Part shown: positions 25,301 through 37,104 of the stretch, piece by piece
Position numbering within the stretch: the first letter of the stretch is position 1
Layout: the number at the start of each line of letters is the position of its first letter
NCBI GenBank assembly: GCA_002269645.1
Contig: NIVC01004638.1
Coordinates: 1 to 39,942 of the forward strand
Length of the DNA: 39,942 nucleotides
Direction: 5' to 3'
DNA from: Macrostomum lignano
Taxonomy: Eukaryota
The notes under the pieces: model-generated
Databases searched by the model: none
Told to the model about the DNA's origin: nothing
The model's input: only the letters and a program-made list of their open reading frames with translations
Translations under genes and position numbers: made by a program

Positions 25301-25395
25301 TGAGCCCCGTCCTCCGGAGCAACGCCTACAGCTTTAACCTGTCGGGAAGCTGCGACCCCCAGGTCCCCAGTCAGAGCTCCCGTCCCGCGCCCTAG
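22349..25395 (+). CDS. Voltage-sensor-domain-only protein of the Hv1 (HVCN1)/TMEM266 type, divergent S4; exons 22349-22401, 22933-23078, 23171-23259, 23329-23385, 23887-24025, 24099-24281, 24646-24946, 25296-25395 (5' and 3' ends uncertain)
   Basis: Phase-consistent GT-AG junctions give S1 SSRLECLTAGLVLADLALVTHQLALD, S2 FFTAVLIFSVIFVIE, S3 AFDCCVCIGSCLVN and S4 LLALLVAARLSRTVQLCR. These are followed by a coiled coil and a disordered tail, with no pore domain. Confidence 0.72.
22404..22845. repeat. 42-bp minisatellite (GAGCAGTTCAATGATACAGAATCCCCATAGAACAGTGTGTAT)n, intronic
   Basis: About 10.5 near-identical units starting at the splice donor. Confidence 0.97.
23488..23820. repeat. 17-bp minisatellite (CCCACCTCACTCCTCCG)n, reverse complement of the 10355-10822 array
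   Basis: Same unit, opposite strand, intronic. Confidence 0.95.
24325..24640. repeat. Degenerate about 32-bp tandem repeat (AAAATCTCATCTCAGTATCTCATAGCC-like), intronic
   Basis: Recurring ATCTCATCTCAGTATC(T/C)CAT core. Confidence 0.85.
24947..25295. repeat. 22-bp minisatellite (GTGGGTCATGGGATTATGGAAA)n
   Basis: About 16 tandem units spanning a predicted intron end to end. Confidence 0.95.
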
Positions 25396-25744
25396 GGAGA
25401 AGCAGAAAAAGGACAGTAAATCGCGAACACGAACTTACACACCGTAGCCGATGCAATTCGCCGTGCACTTTTTATGGTAGATCGACGAGTCGTTTTATTC
25501 AATAGCCAACGGAGGCGGACCAACGCGCGCCAGGGAGGAGTCTGCCCTCCAGACAGCGACTATATATTTTTCATTGGTCCTACGCGTACATGAATATACC
25601 TTAAGAACAAATGTACGGTACAGCAGGGGAGGTGAGGCGGGGTGGCGTGATCGGCGTACGCATTGATTATTGATTGGAGGGGTGGGGCAGACTGGAGGGT
25701 TGGGGCGGGGCAGGAGGGCGAGAAAGGGCACGATTGCACAACAA

Positions 25745-26530
25745 TAGAATCTGGGTCATGGGATTATGGAACGTGGGTCATGGGATTATGGAAAGTGGGT
25801 CATGGGATGATAGAATATGGGTCATGGGATTATGGAATCTGGGTCATGGAATTATGGAAAGTTCGTCATGGAATTATAGAATTATGTCATGGGATGATAG
25901 AATATGGTTTATGGGATTATAGAATCTAGGCTATGCGATTATAGAATCTGGGTCATGGGATTATGGAATCGGGGTCATGGGATTAGAAAATCTGGGTCAT
26001 GGGATTATAGAATCGGGGTCATGGGATTATAGAATCGGGGTCATGGTATTAGAAAATCTGGGTCATGGGATTATAGAATCGGGGTCATGGGATTATAGAA
26101 TCGGGGTCATGGAATTAGAAAATCTGGGTCATGGGATTATAGAATCGGGGTCATGGGATTATAGAATCGGGGTCATGGTATTAGAAAATCTGGGTCATGG
26201 GATTATAGAATCGGGGTCATGGGATTATAGAATCGGGGTCATGGTATTAGAAAATCTGGGTCATGGGATTGTAGAATCTGGGTCATGGGATTATAGAATC
26301 GGGGTCATGGTATTAGAAAATCTGGGTCATGGGATTGTAGAATCTGGGTCATGGGATTATAGAATCTAGGTCATGAGATTATAGAATCTGGTTCATGGGA
26401 TTACAGAATCTTGGGTCATGGGATTATAGAATCTGAGTCAAGGGATCGATTATATAAATCTGGGTCAAAGGAATTTAGAATTTGGGTCATAGGATTATTG
26501 AGTCGGGTCAAGGGATTATAGAATCTGGAC
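25745..26530. repeat. 22-bp minisatellite (GGGTCATGGGATTATAGAATC(T/G))n, same family as 24947-25295
   Basis: About 35 tandem units with a 66-bp higher-order pattern. Confidence 0.95.
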
Positions 26531-27137
26531 ATTCGCAACATATCAGGCAACATCAACCTATCCATCATTGCATTGCAGTTGTCAGTGAAACAGCAGCAGC
26601 GGAAACCGCAGGCCTTGAAGGAGATTAATTAAGGAGCGGACTAACAAAATCTGCCAATTCTATCTTACCCATACAAAGGCAAACTTGCTTTGAAAATACT
26701 GGACAATACTGCAATTTAAAACGCTTACTGGGCTTGGCTTTTGTGTCTATTTTGCCCAGATATTTTTCCTATTTTTGAGTTAAGGATTGTTCTCACATCT
26801 CATACGGAGTTGCTTGAGTGCTCAAATACAGCAAGAACTCAATACACACCCGATGTGAATCGCGGAAAATCAATATTTTCAAAAGCTATACCAAATTAAA
26901 TAATGCTCTCGGCATTGATTTTTTTAGTTATAGTCATCAACCAATTACGTTGCGATGAATGCAAGGACCAATAGGAGTTTCAGGTATTTAAACTACACTC
27001 GATCATAGCTTGTACACCCAACCAGGTAGTGAATTCTATTAAAATTCGGCATCAAATGTAGAAATGAAGTTCTGTGGCCAGAATATTTGCTTTGAAATTC
27101 TCCTCTTAATCGTCTTCTTATCTCTTATCTCTTAATC

Positions 27138-27372
27138 GGCTTCATTGTCTATGGCCGAGTGCAGTTCGGTGGTAGAGTTTTTGATTGGCTTCATTGTCTA
27201 TGGCCGAGAGCAGTTCTGTGGTAGAGTTTTTGATTGGCTTCATTGTCTATGGCCGAGTGCAGTTCGGTGGTAGAGTTTTTGATTGGCTTCATTGTCTATG
27301 GCCGAGTGCAGTTCGGTGGTAGAGTTTTTGATTGGCTTCATTGTCTATGGCCGAGTGCAGTTCGGTGGTAGT
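27138..27372. repeat. 49-bp tandem repeat (GGCTTCATTGTCTATGGCCGAGTGCAGTTCGGTGGTAGAGTTTTTGATT)n
   Basis: About 4.7 nearly identical units. Confidence 0.93.
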
Positions 27373-28034
27373 GGAATACGACAAAAAGCACTATCAGTCA
27401 AATATATGGTATTTCAATTGCCAATAAGAGCGAAAACTCATAGACTAGGGGGACATTCTCCGTTTGTCTAATTATTTGTCTTAATGCCTATGCCATGCAA
27501 ATACTCTTTTGGTACCAGTGGCACTCGTGTTTGAGGCCGAGCACAGAAGTAACGGACTAATTTCTGCATACATGCTAAGCACCTGTCCTTCAAATCAGCT
27601 ACAGCACTTATTTAAAAGTACACACATTTTAGTCAATGCCAATGTGTTTGATGCTTGCTCGTCATCAGATCAGCAATCAATCTTAAGCCCGCTCATCGAC
27701 CCCTCCTCCCAGCTCAGTAGCTGCCTGTCGGAAATGTCGCACTGAACGGAATGCAGTGTCGGCAGGGAAATTATCGACTGCGATGGCTACCCGCATATTG
27801 TGGCCGGGTGACCCCACCCCCACCCCACCCGATTTGGGCAACACGAGAAGGGGAGCAACTCTCATATTTCCCTTTTTGCTTCCCAGTCTCATACATCGGG
27901 AGCACTGACTGCAACTGAAGGGAAGACAGGGCTGGTTTACTCGATTTAGGATCTGATAATAACAATAAGTACAAATGGCAATTGCAGCACCGGAGTCTGA
28001 GAATGCTAGAAATATACTACTTGTGCAGTGTTAT

Positions 28035-28549
28035 GGGGAACAGGTGAGGCCGAGGGGTAAACAGGGGAGGCGGTGGGGTAAACAGGTGAGGCGGTGGGGT
28101 AATCAGGGGAGGCGGTGGGGTAAACAGGGGAGGCGGTGGGGTAATCAGGGGAGGCGGTGGGGTTAACAGGGGAGGCGGTTGGGGTTAACAGGTGAGGCGG
28201 TGGGGTTAACAGGGGAGGCGGTTGGGGTTAACAGGTGAGGCCGTGGGGTTAACAGGTGAGGCGGTTGAGTTTAACAGGTGAGGCGGTGGGGTAAACAGGG
28301 GAGGCGGTGGGGTTAACAGGGGAGGCGGTGGGGTTAACAGGGGAGGCGGTTGGGGTTAACAGGTGAGGCGGTGGGGTTAACAGGGGAGGCGGTTGGGGTT
28401 AACAGGTGAGGCCGTGGGGTTAACAGGTGAGGCGGTTGAGTTTAACAGGTGAGGCGGTGGGGTTAACAGGGGAGGCGGTTGGGGTTAACAGGTGAGGCGG
28501 TGGGGTTAACAGGGGAGGCGGTTGGGGTTAACAGGTGAGGCGGTGGGGT
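28035..28549. repeat. 20-21-bp G-rich minisatellite (GGGGTTAACAGG(T/G)GAGGCGGT)n
   Basis: About 25 tandem units. Confidence 0.95.
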
Positions 28550-29298
28550 CAAGTTGAGGACAACTAAAGACATGAAATGAAGAACAATCCATTGGAAAGA
28601 GCCGCACAGCTCACAATAATGCCATGTTGCAATTATTTGTGTATCAGTGCACAAAGTTTGCCTGTATCCCAGCATATGACGCAGGCAGACGGAAAATATT
28701 AAATTATATTATTAAATAGTTACAACATATTATTTATTATATTAATAAACTTTGAGACGGTGAGACAGATATCAAGGACATACGAGTACGTTTATACAGT
28801 TAGCAATTCATTGTGAGGCGCAAAAAATCCTAATTGAAAAGAGCAGAAGCTTTGGTCTGGAAATAAGGATCTGAAGAAGTGCACTGTTTAGAATAAATTA
28901 ATGAGGAAACTACAAAAAGCAGACTGGCTATTTGGCCCAGCGGCAAATGACAGCCAATTTGTAACTGAAGGATTCACTCTTTTATATGTTAAATATGTTA
29001 AATTGTTGCAGAAAAAAGCCCTATTCGGCGGGTAAGGAATCTGCTTCAGTCTACAGAGCAGAGGTGGGAAACAAAAAGCAACAGACAAATGAGCAGAGAC
29101 AAGCTATCAGAAGTTCTCTAAGAAAATATACTTTCTGCTCAGGAATATTATTTATGGTCTTTGCTGTGAAATTCAAAAACGATAGAAGCGCTTTTTAGAT
29201 CCTACAGATTGCTCAAGCCTCACACTGTGACAAAATACGAGGTATTCGAAGAAGTGGAGCATAAGCAAATAATAAGGATAGTTGACAAAACAAAATCA

Positions 29299-30376
29299 GT
29301 GACATCACCTGGGGATGTGGGAGAGTCGGTGACATCACCTGGGGATGCGGGAGAATCGGTGACATCACCTGAGGATGCGGGAGAATCGGTGACGTCACTT
29401 GGGGATGCGGGAGAATCGGTGACATCACCTGGGGATGCGGGAGAGTCGGTGACATCACCTGGGGATGTGGGAGAGTCGGTGACATCACCTGGGGATGCGG
29501 GAGAGTCGGTGACATCACCTGGGGATGCCGGAGAATCGGTGACATCACCTGGGGATGCCGGAGAATCGGTGACATCACCTGGGGATGCGGGAGAATCGGT
29601 GACATCACCTGGGGATGCGGGAGAATCGGTGACATCACCTGGGGATGCGGGAGAATCGGTGACATCACCTGGGGATGCGGGAGAATCGGTGACATCACCT
29701 GGGGATGCGGGAGAATCGGTGACATCACCTTGGGATGCGGGAGAATCGGTGACATCACCTTGGGATGCGGGAGAATCGGTGACATCACCTTGGGATGCGG
29801 GAGAATCGGTGACATCACCTGGGGATGCGGGAGAATCGGTGACATCACCTTGGGATGCGGGGGAGAATCGGTGACATCACCTGAGGATGCGGGAGAATCG
29901 GTGACATCACCTGAGGATGCGGGAGAATCGGTGACATCACCTGAGGATGCGGGAGAGTCGGTGACATCACCTGGGGATGCGGGAGAATCGGTGACATCAC
30001 CTGAGGATGCGGGAGAATCGGTGACGTCACTTGGGGATGCGGGAGAATCGGTGACGTCACTTGGGGATGCGGGAGAATCGGTGACATCACCTGGGGATGC
30101 GGGAGAATCGGTGACATCACCTGAGGATGCGGGAGAATCGGTGACGTCACTTGGGGATGCGGGAGAGTCGGTGACATCACCTGGGGATGCCGGAGAATCG
30201 GTGACATCACCTGGGGATGCCGGGGAATCGGTGACATCACCTGGGGATGCGGGAGAATCGGTGACATCACCTGGGGATGCGGGAGAATCGGTGACATCAC
30301 CTGGGGATGCGGGAGAGTCGGTGACATCACCTGGGGATGCGGGAGAATCGGTGACATCACCTGGGGATGTGGGAGA
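29299..30376. repeat. 30-bp minisatellite (GGTGACATCACCTGGGGATGCGGGAGAATC)n
   Basis: About 36 units. A 1-nt indel near 29861 shifts the repeat-derived ORFs. Confidence 0.97.
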
Positions 30377-30850
30377 ATTGATTAAATGATGAGACACTCA
30401 GCCAAAGCAAGCCGAGACACAAAGCCAAAGACAATGCGATTACTTATGAGTAGTAGCGAGAGAGAAAAAGTTTGCGAAAACTGAAAGACACCAAAAAAAC
30501 AAAACAACACTTATAGCAACGTATAAAATTACATAGACAGTGAGAGTAAATTTTCAAAGTTAAATAAACAATTTATTGTATGTCGTTTTTCTGTGAGAGA
30601 CAAAGAAGAAAACGTTTTAACTGACAAAAAAGCAGGCAGACAAAATTCATCAAATTTTTTGGACAGCGTGGTAACTTGGATATAAATAAGCGAAATTATC
30701 TTGGGGTAAAAAGCACAAAAAAGCTGTTCTGCCACAAGGAGAGATCGGTAAGTCCGCTGAGTCTACAGTTTAGTGTCTTGCGATTCCTGCCCAACTCTTG
30801 GGAGGGGGGAGAGGGAGAATATCCCAATAAGCGATCAATCACTGATAGAG

Positions 30851-33800
30851 TTAGCCATCCTCCTTTGGCGGAGTGAACCAGCCTTTCTTCTCGTGGATGT
30901 GCACCAGCGCCCGGAAGCTGTGCTGCGCCCTGGCCAGGCTGTAGGCATTCTTACTAGCTGAGAACTGCACCCGGGCCTTGCCTTTGACCAGAGTGGCCGA
31001 GATCTGCAGCACCAGAGACTCCAGGCTGTAGGCGGACGACCAGCCCTGGGTAGCGGTTGGTGGGTGGCATAAGTAATAAGTAGCACGTGACCTTGAGATT
31101 GCGGCTTGTAGCCTACACTGGAGAGGGGAACTGATAACCCTGAGGGACCAGAGAGGGGAACTGATGACCCTGAGGGACCAGAGAGGGGAACTGATGACCC
31201 TGAGGGACCAGAGAGGGGAACTGATGACCCTGAGGGACCAGAGAGGGGAACTGATGACCCTGAGGGACCAGAGAGGGGAACTGATGACCCTGAGGGACCA
31301 GAGAGGGGAATGATGACCCACAGCAAGCATCAGAGGGGGGAACTGATGACCCACAGCAAGCATTAGAGGGGGGAACTGATGACCCACAGCAAGCATCAGA
31401 GGGGGGACTGATGACCCACAGCAACCATCAGAGGGGGGAACTGATGACCCACAGCAAGCATTACCCAGCCCTAACCTGCTTGGTGAGCAGCTCCATGCAG
31501 ATAGCTCCGCCCTGCAGCACATAGCCGTTGGTAAGCACGGGATTAACAACACGCACAAAAGGCGGCTCGAATGGGAATGCGTCTTTAAAATAGAATCCCA
31601 GAGTAATCCGGCCAGCGTCTGAGTCGCCATTCCGGCTGAGCTGCTCTAAGTCGCGCTGCAGCGGACTGTCCGGGTCAACGCGCAACAGGTGCACATGCCA
31701 TTCGTACAGGCTGTCGTTAACCAGCTCAACGGAGAACATGCCAGCCTTCAAACTGGACGATCTGGGATTTGGGTTTAATAGCGAGTGTGCAATGATTACA
31801 ACACTGTTTATATATTCGCAAATTGATTCACTACTTACTACTAACGAGGTTTGGCAGTAGAGTTTTTCAGCGATAAAATCTAGAAACAGTGAAACTATTC
31901 TTAGAAATCCGGAACACGGCTCTGACTTTCTAATCGTGAGGCATGTACACTCTTCGAGCACACAAGAGCCCGTGCACAGGATTCGAACCAGGGGCATTTT
32001 GGTGCGAAAGGGTCAGGCGCGTCAGCCTTGTGAGTAGCAAGGAGAGGCCTGAGTTCAAACGCTCGCAAGCGTCACAGTGAGAGACTCACCTGTACAGCTC
32101 CTTTAACTCCTTCATAAGCCGATCTGTGGCCTGCACGGAGCCAAAAGCCGGGGCCGCCTGTTTAGCGTAGGCCTCCCGTTGCGCAGTTTTCAATCTGCGC
32201 AGCGTTTCAATATGGGCGCGCGAATCGATGCCGGCAAACTCGCACGACAGGTCGGAGGTAGCGGCAGCGTCGGCCGAGGCGAAGGAGGCGTTGGCGGCGC
32301 CGGATGTTGAAGAGCAGCCGCTCGGCTCCGAGCCGGCGATGCCGGAAGCAGCGTCCGACATGTGCAGATCGTCCTCGTAGTCCTCGAAGCCGGTGTCCTC
32401 CTCGTCCGACATGCTGCTGCCAGCGGCGCCGTCATCGTCCTGCAGGTTTAATAATAAACCAAATAGTGCTACTTATAGTAGGCTAATGCGGAATAGTCGG
32501 AGAAAATGAACCAGAGTGGCCAGTTGGCATCAATAAAAACTTGAAAATTTGATATTTTTCATGTTGCGTGTCGCGTTGAGGGTCAGATATAAGTTAAGCT
32601 AAGCTGGCCATGGTTAGTAGGCAGTTAAACAGCCCAGATTTACACATCAAGGAAGTCACAGTGTCGGCGAGTGATCAGTTGCAAAACTTCTATAGAAAAT
32701 GAAAACCAATACAATAAGGCTTACAGCATCATGATATTCTTCATCATCATCTGCAGCGGCGGCGGCAGCTGCCCCACTTGCTTGGCGGCGTGTGGCGGCA
32801 GACGAGAGACGCAGCTGGGCAACCTCGGGCGGCACAGTCAGGCCGAAGGAGGCGCACAGGCGGTCCAACAGACTGCAGGTCTGGCAAACCAGATTGCAAT
32901 TTCGCGGGTAGGCCTCCTGCAGTTCGGCCAGCCCTGACGTCACTTTCTGATTGTCGGAGTCTGAGAACCACAGCGCTGGCGTCTGGGGATAATTTTCCTA
33001 AATAGTAGCGAAATAGAAATTAACAATTCCAATTACAATTCCAATTCCAATTTTTACCAATACAACAGATATGTTACCAATAGAAACAGCTGGGTGAATG
33101 TGAAAGCCATGCATTTATGAACTATATTGTTCTATTGTCTAGAACATATTGCCAATGGCTATAGATCATACGTGAACAAGAATTAACCCTAAGCTAGAAG
33201 CGAGTCATTATATATTTAACATTTATCAGTAAAAAAATTTTTGCTATATGATGAACAATATTGAACTTAGATAATTTGTCTTATGTTATTTTAATTTTGA
33301 CAAATTTGTTGGCTTGTAGATTCAGGGCCAGCTCATTCTAATGCCTTCAAAACATTAAGACTTGAGTCCTAAGGAGTTGAATTAGAATCCTAGAATCCCA
33401 GAAATTTATAATTCTGAAGAATAGGAATTTATAGAGGTCAAATACAATCAATTTTGGAATGAAATCCCAATTCTTGTTACAATCTTAGAATGTGGAATTA
33501 GGATCTTATTTTTTATTAAATTGCAGCAAGCAAACCTTTTTGGCCCATAAGAAACCTTTGTAGTAAAACTTTGGCAATAGACCCACTTTAAGTAAATTCT
33601 TTTAAAACACTTTTAGAAACCCAAAATTTAAAAAATTGTTTTTTTGTGATTTGATTTTTACTTTTACTTTATGTGCATAGCCTACAAATATATAACACTT
33701 ATAATTGACATTTAATTTGTGCAAGATGCAATAAAATATTCATATAGTCCAACTTGCAACTATTAAAGAAGTTTGTATATAAGTAACTTTATTCTTAGCA

Positions 33801-36800
33801 ATAAACAGTTATTTTTTTAATTTAATTCTGTTTTAGTTTTAGTTATAGGCACAATGATATATATTTAAAGATAAAGAATAGGGGATGGCTAATACCTAGC
33901 AAATCAAGAAAGGTCAAAAAAGGTCAAGAAAGGCAATTGTTATGGTAATTTATAGGCCTAGTATAGAGCAACATTTGATAATTAAAAAAGCAGAGTAGCT
34001 AATAGTTATAACAAGTTCTAATATAATCTTGCCATCAATAGTTTTTTAGTTTAAAAATTGCTTATCAAACAACATGAAAATAAAGTCAAGAGTAGATAAT
34101 TAATAAAATAAAATTGTAGAATTAAGATAGTCCTAAAACTTGATGAAATAATGCATTAGAATTGATACTGCTGCCCATAGTCCAGATCATGGCAGGTGTA
34201 CATCAGAATAAAAATTCATGTTTTATTCAATTTTACTAGGATGTAGAATAAAAAATACAATATGTTCTTTGTTTTAATTTTGTTTTTCTTATAAATTGTG
34301 CTGATATTTTTTTTAGTTATCAACTATTTTAAAAAGAGCTTTTGTTGGTTGATATTTAACTGCACAATTACATTAGCCCTGAACTATTTTTAGTATGCCA
34401 ACTATGTACCTTTATGTTAAACCAAAAAATTCTATATACCAAGTGTACGCTAAGATTGTCAGCAAGAACAAAAATACATTTGGAATTTTCTGGTGTGAAG
34501 GCCACTTTCTAGACTATAGGTTGCTGCTAAGCTTAGCAGTTGTGAGAGAAGTTATCATATGTTATACAAATTTATAATTTTTTCATAAATAATTAACACT
34601 GAATTTTCTATATATATTTGGCAGCAAAGTAATTTATCGCTGAAGTGATATTAATAAAGTAATTATAATTCATTAGCAAGGCATCCTATAGCTATATATA
34701 GGCACCATAGTCCAGATCATACTGGGTGCACACCTAAACAAAAATTGAATAATTACAAATGCATACTGAAAAAATTGAGTGCATGCCAATTCTTAAAAAT
34801 ATGCTGGTGTTGCAACAATAAATAACCTTTTTACATTGTGACAAAAATGTCCTTTTTTAAAATTGCATAAAGAACTTTTTCTAGCACTGCAAAGATTTGT
34901 TTAACTGAATTTTTTTACTAAACTGTAGAAAACGAGTTCATTTTAACTATTTTTGTTTTACTTTTCATTTCTTGGAAAAGTTAAACCTGGTTTTTGAATT
35001 TAGTTTTCTGTTTTTTCATAAAAGGCTGGCTATTCTTTCTGATCAAAATTTAGCTACTGTAACTATGTACATGGAGACTATGCCAAATGCAAACTTAAAC
35101 ATTTTTGTATGCTAATTTAATTGTGTACATTGATTGTTGGGACTCGGAACTTTTGGTCCCACCTGCTGGTCTTGGCAATCTCTATATGCCCCATACTCAG
35201 GAAGGTGGCCTGCACGCGGGAATTTTCCCGCGTGCACAAGCCACGCTAAAATTTTGGCGTGCAAAGTTGGCGTGCAAATAGGGGTCTCAAGCCACGCCTA
35301 AATTTTCAGCATACAAGTTTTTTACTTGGCATGTAACCTTGGCGTGCAATTACAAACTGACAGTATATCAACAAGTCAGATATAGATGTATACACTATAT
35401 ATATATACAATATATAAAGTTAAACGTGAACAATTGAATTTGAATATTGATTAAACCAACTAGTTGAGGCTACAGCCAGGTCTACACTCTACAGCCTACA
35501 TTAAAATTAAAATATCCAATAACTTTTAAACGCTCATATTTTGTGACTCTTGTAGACTTTTAGTTTATTTGTTTCTTGAAATTTGAAGAAAAAGTTTTTG
35601 ATACTCACTATGTTCTTTGTAGCGAATTTCCTTTTTTATATAAACTTTGTTTAACGTAAGTAGAAAATTTATTTAAAAATAGTATCTAATACGGTTAATA
35701 TCTACCATATTTGAAAAATATTTCACGCTTTGAAATATCGTGCGCTTGCAAAATACTACATCTTTTAACAAAAAAACGCTCTTTCAAATACCTTAATAAT
35801 TTTACAAATATCGTAACTCGCATCGTAACTCATGTAAAAATTTAACCTTTTGAACAAATTTAACCTTTTGAACTTAATCGTAATTAAACAACTAATGCTA
35901 AAATATCTCAAATACACAGAAATATACTGGCCAAACAGGCTTCTTGCCTGAGCCAACTTACTACTACTACTACTACTAAAAAAACACTTGTCGAATCATC
36001 TTTTTAAACTTCCATCTCGAAAATTTTTCCAAATACATTGCTCTATAATATATTGGCCAAACAGGCTAATTGCCTGAGCCAAATTCTTACTACTAATATT
36101 CAAATCACACGTACATGAGGTGTACATGATTTTTGGTATTCAAGATTTTTGGCGTGCAACAGAAATGTCATGTTAAGGGTTTTAAAAAATTGCCATACAT
36201 TGGTGTGCACCAAGGATTTTTCCATAAATTGATTCCCGCGTGCACTTGCCACCTTCCTGACTATGGTATATGCCAAGCGATATGCCAAGAGGGCATGCCA
36301 GGCTCCTTTGTATGCCAAGTTGTTTTTCTGTATTTAATTTTGTTTATGGTTTATGTGTCTGAATACTCTGGGACAATTCAAAACAATCTACACAGGAAGA
36401 AAACAATATAATTAGTTTGATTTCTTTTCTTAAATATATTCTTTTGACAAAAATTTTTATATATATTACATAACATAAATCTTAACAAAATAACTACAAC
36501 CGAATATTATGAAATGCCTCTTATCGTTAAAATGACAATACTCATAAAATCTTTGATTCTTCATTGAAAATGATTCATTGAAAATGAAATGTCTATCACA
36601 ATAGCAACTTGTCACTGAAACAACTATTTGTCACCAAAATGTCTGTCACCAAAACGTCTTGTCACTGAAATGACTGGTACCCAGAGTGTGGTATAGGCAA
36701 TATGCTATCTAGAAAATTTCAATATATAGGCCTAAAAGCTTTAATTTTGATAATAAAATGTAGGATATGTATACAAGGTACATAAGGTAACCTATATAAG

Positions 36801-37104
36801 CTATTTGAAAACTTTTTGCAAACAGAAAAGATTGCAAAGAAAGTACAAGAAAATACAAAATACAAAGTTAAAGTCATAGGCCTAAAGAATTGATGTTTAC
36901 TGGGATATCAAAATAACAAATTGTTTAAATATCAGTTTTAATTACCATAATTGTTGCAGTTAGGTCAAATGACTTGTTATTGCACAAAAACTTGCAGTTG
37001 ACTTCATCAAGGCTAGATGAGACAATTCGGAAAATATTGTGGGTTTTAGGAAATGTCTTTTTAAGACGCTCAAGATCTTCTTTTAAGTTTCTCAAGCTAG
37101 ACAT
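30851..37104 (-). CDS. UBE2Q: Ubiquitin-conjugating enzyme E2 Q family (RWD-like + UBC), 420 aa; exons 37104-36946, 32997-32725, 32439-32090, 31761-31476, 31045-30851
   Basis: N-terminal [33 protein letters not shown]...[15 protein letters not shown], then [65 protein letters not shown] and C-terminal [15 protein letters not shown]. All junctions are in phase. Confidence 0.95.
31121..31460. repeat. 30/31-bp minisatellite (GAGGGGAACTGATGACCC-TGAGGGACCAGA / -ACAGCAAGCATCA)n in UBE2Q intron 4
   Basis: Two sub-arrays sharing the GGGGAACTGATGACCC core. Confidence 0.93.
35191..36266. mobile_element. Putative non-autonomous TIR element (about 1.1 kb) in UBE2Q intron 1
   Basis: CCATACTCAGGAAGGTGGCCTGCACGCGGGAAT (35191-35223) matches the reverse complement of 36232-36266 (CCATAGTCAGGAAGGTGGCAAGTGCACGCGGGAAT). 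TTGGCGTGCA motifs are repeated inside. No target-site duplication was established. Confidence 0.45.

Noticed and set aside
25663-26369. GHGIIESGSWDY-type repeat ORFs
   Set aside because: Open frames through the 22-bp minisatellite.
27138-27372. Regular repeats as a possible CRISPR array (also 12133-12848 and 29299-30376)
   Set aside because: Units are directly adjacent with no unique spacers, the context is eukaryotic and there are no cas genes.
29209-30397. Long ESVTSPGDAG / DSPASPGDVT repeat ORFs
   Set aside because: The 30-bp unit is open in several frames on both strands and is broken by a 1-nt indel, so there is no evidence of coding constraint.
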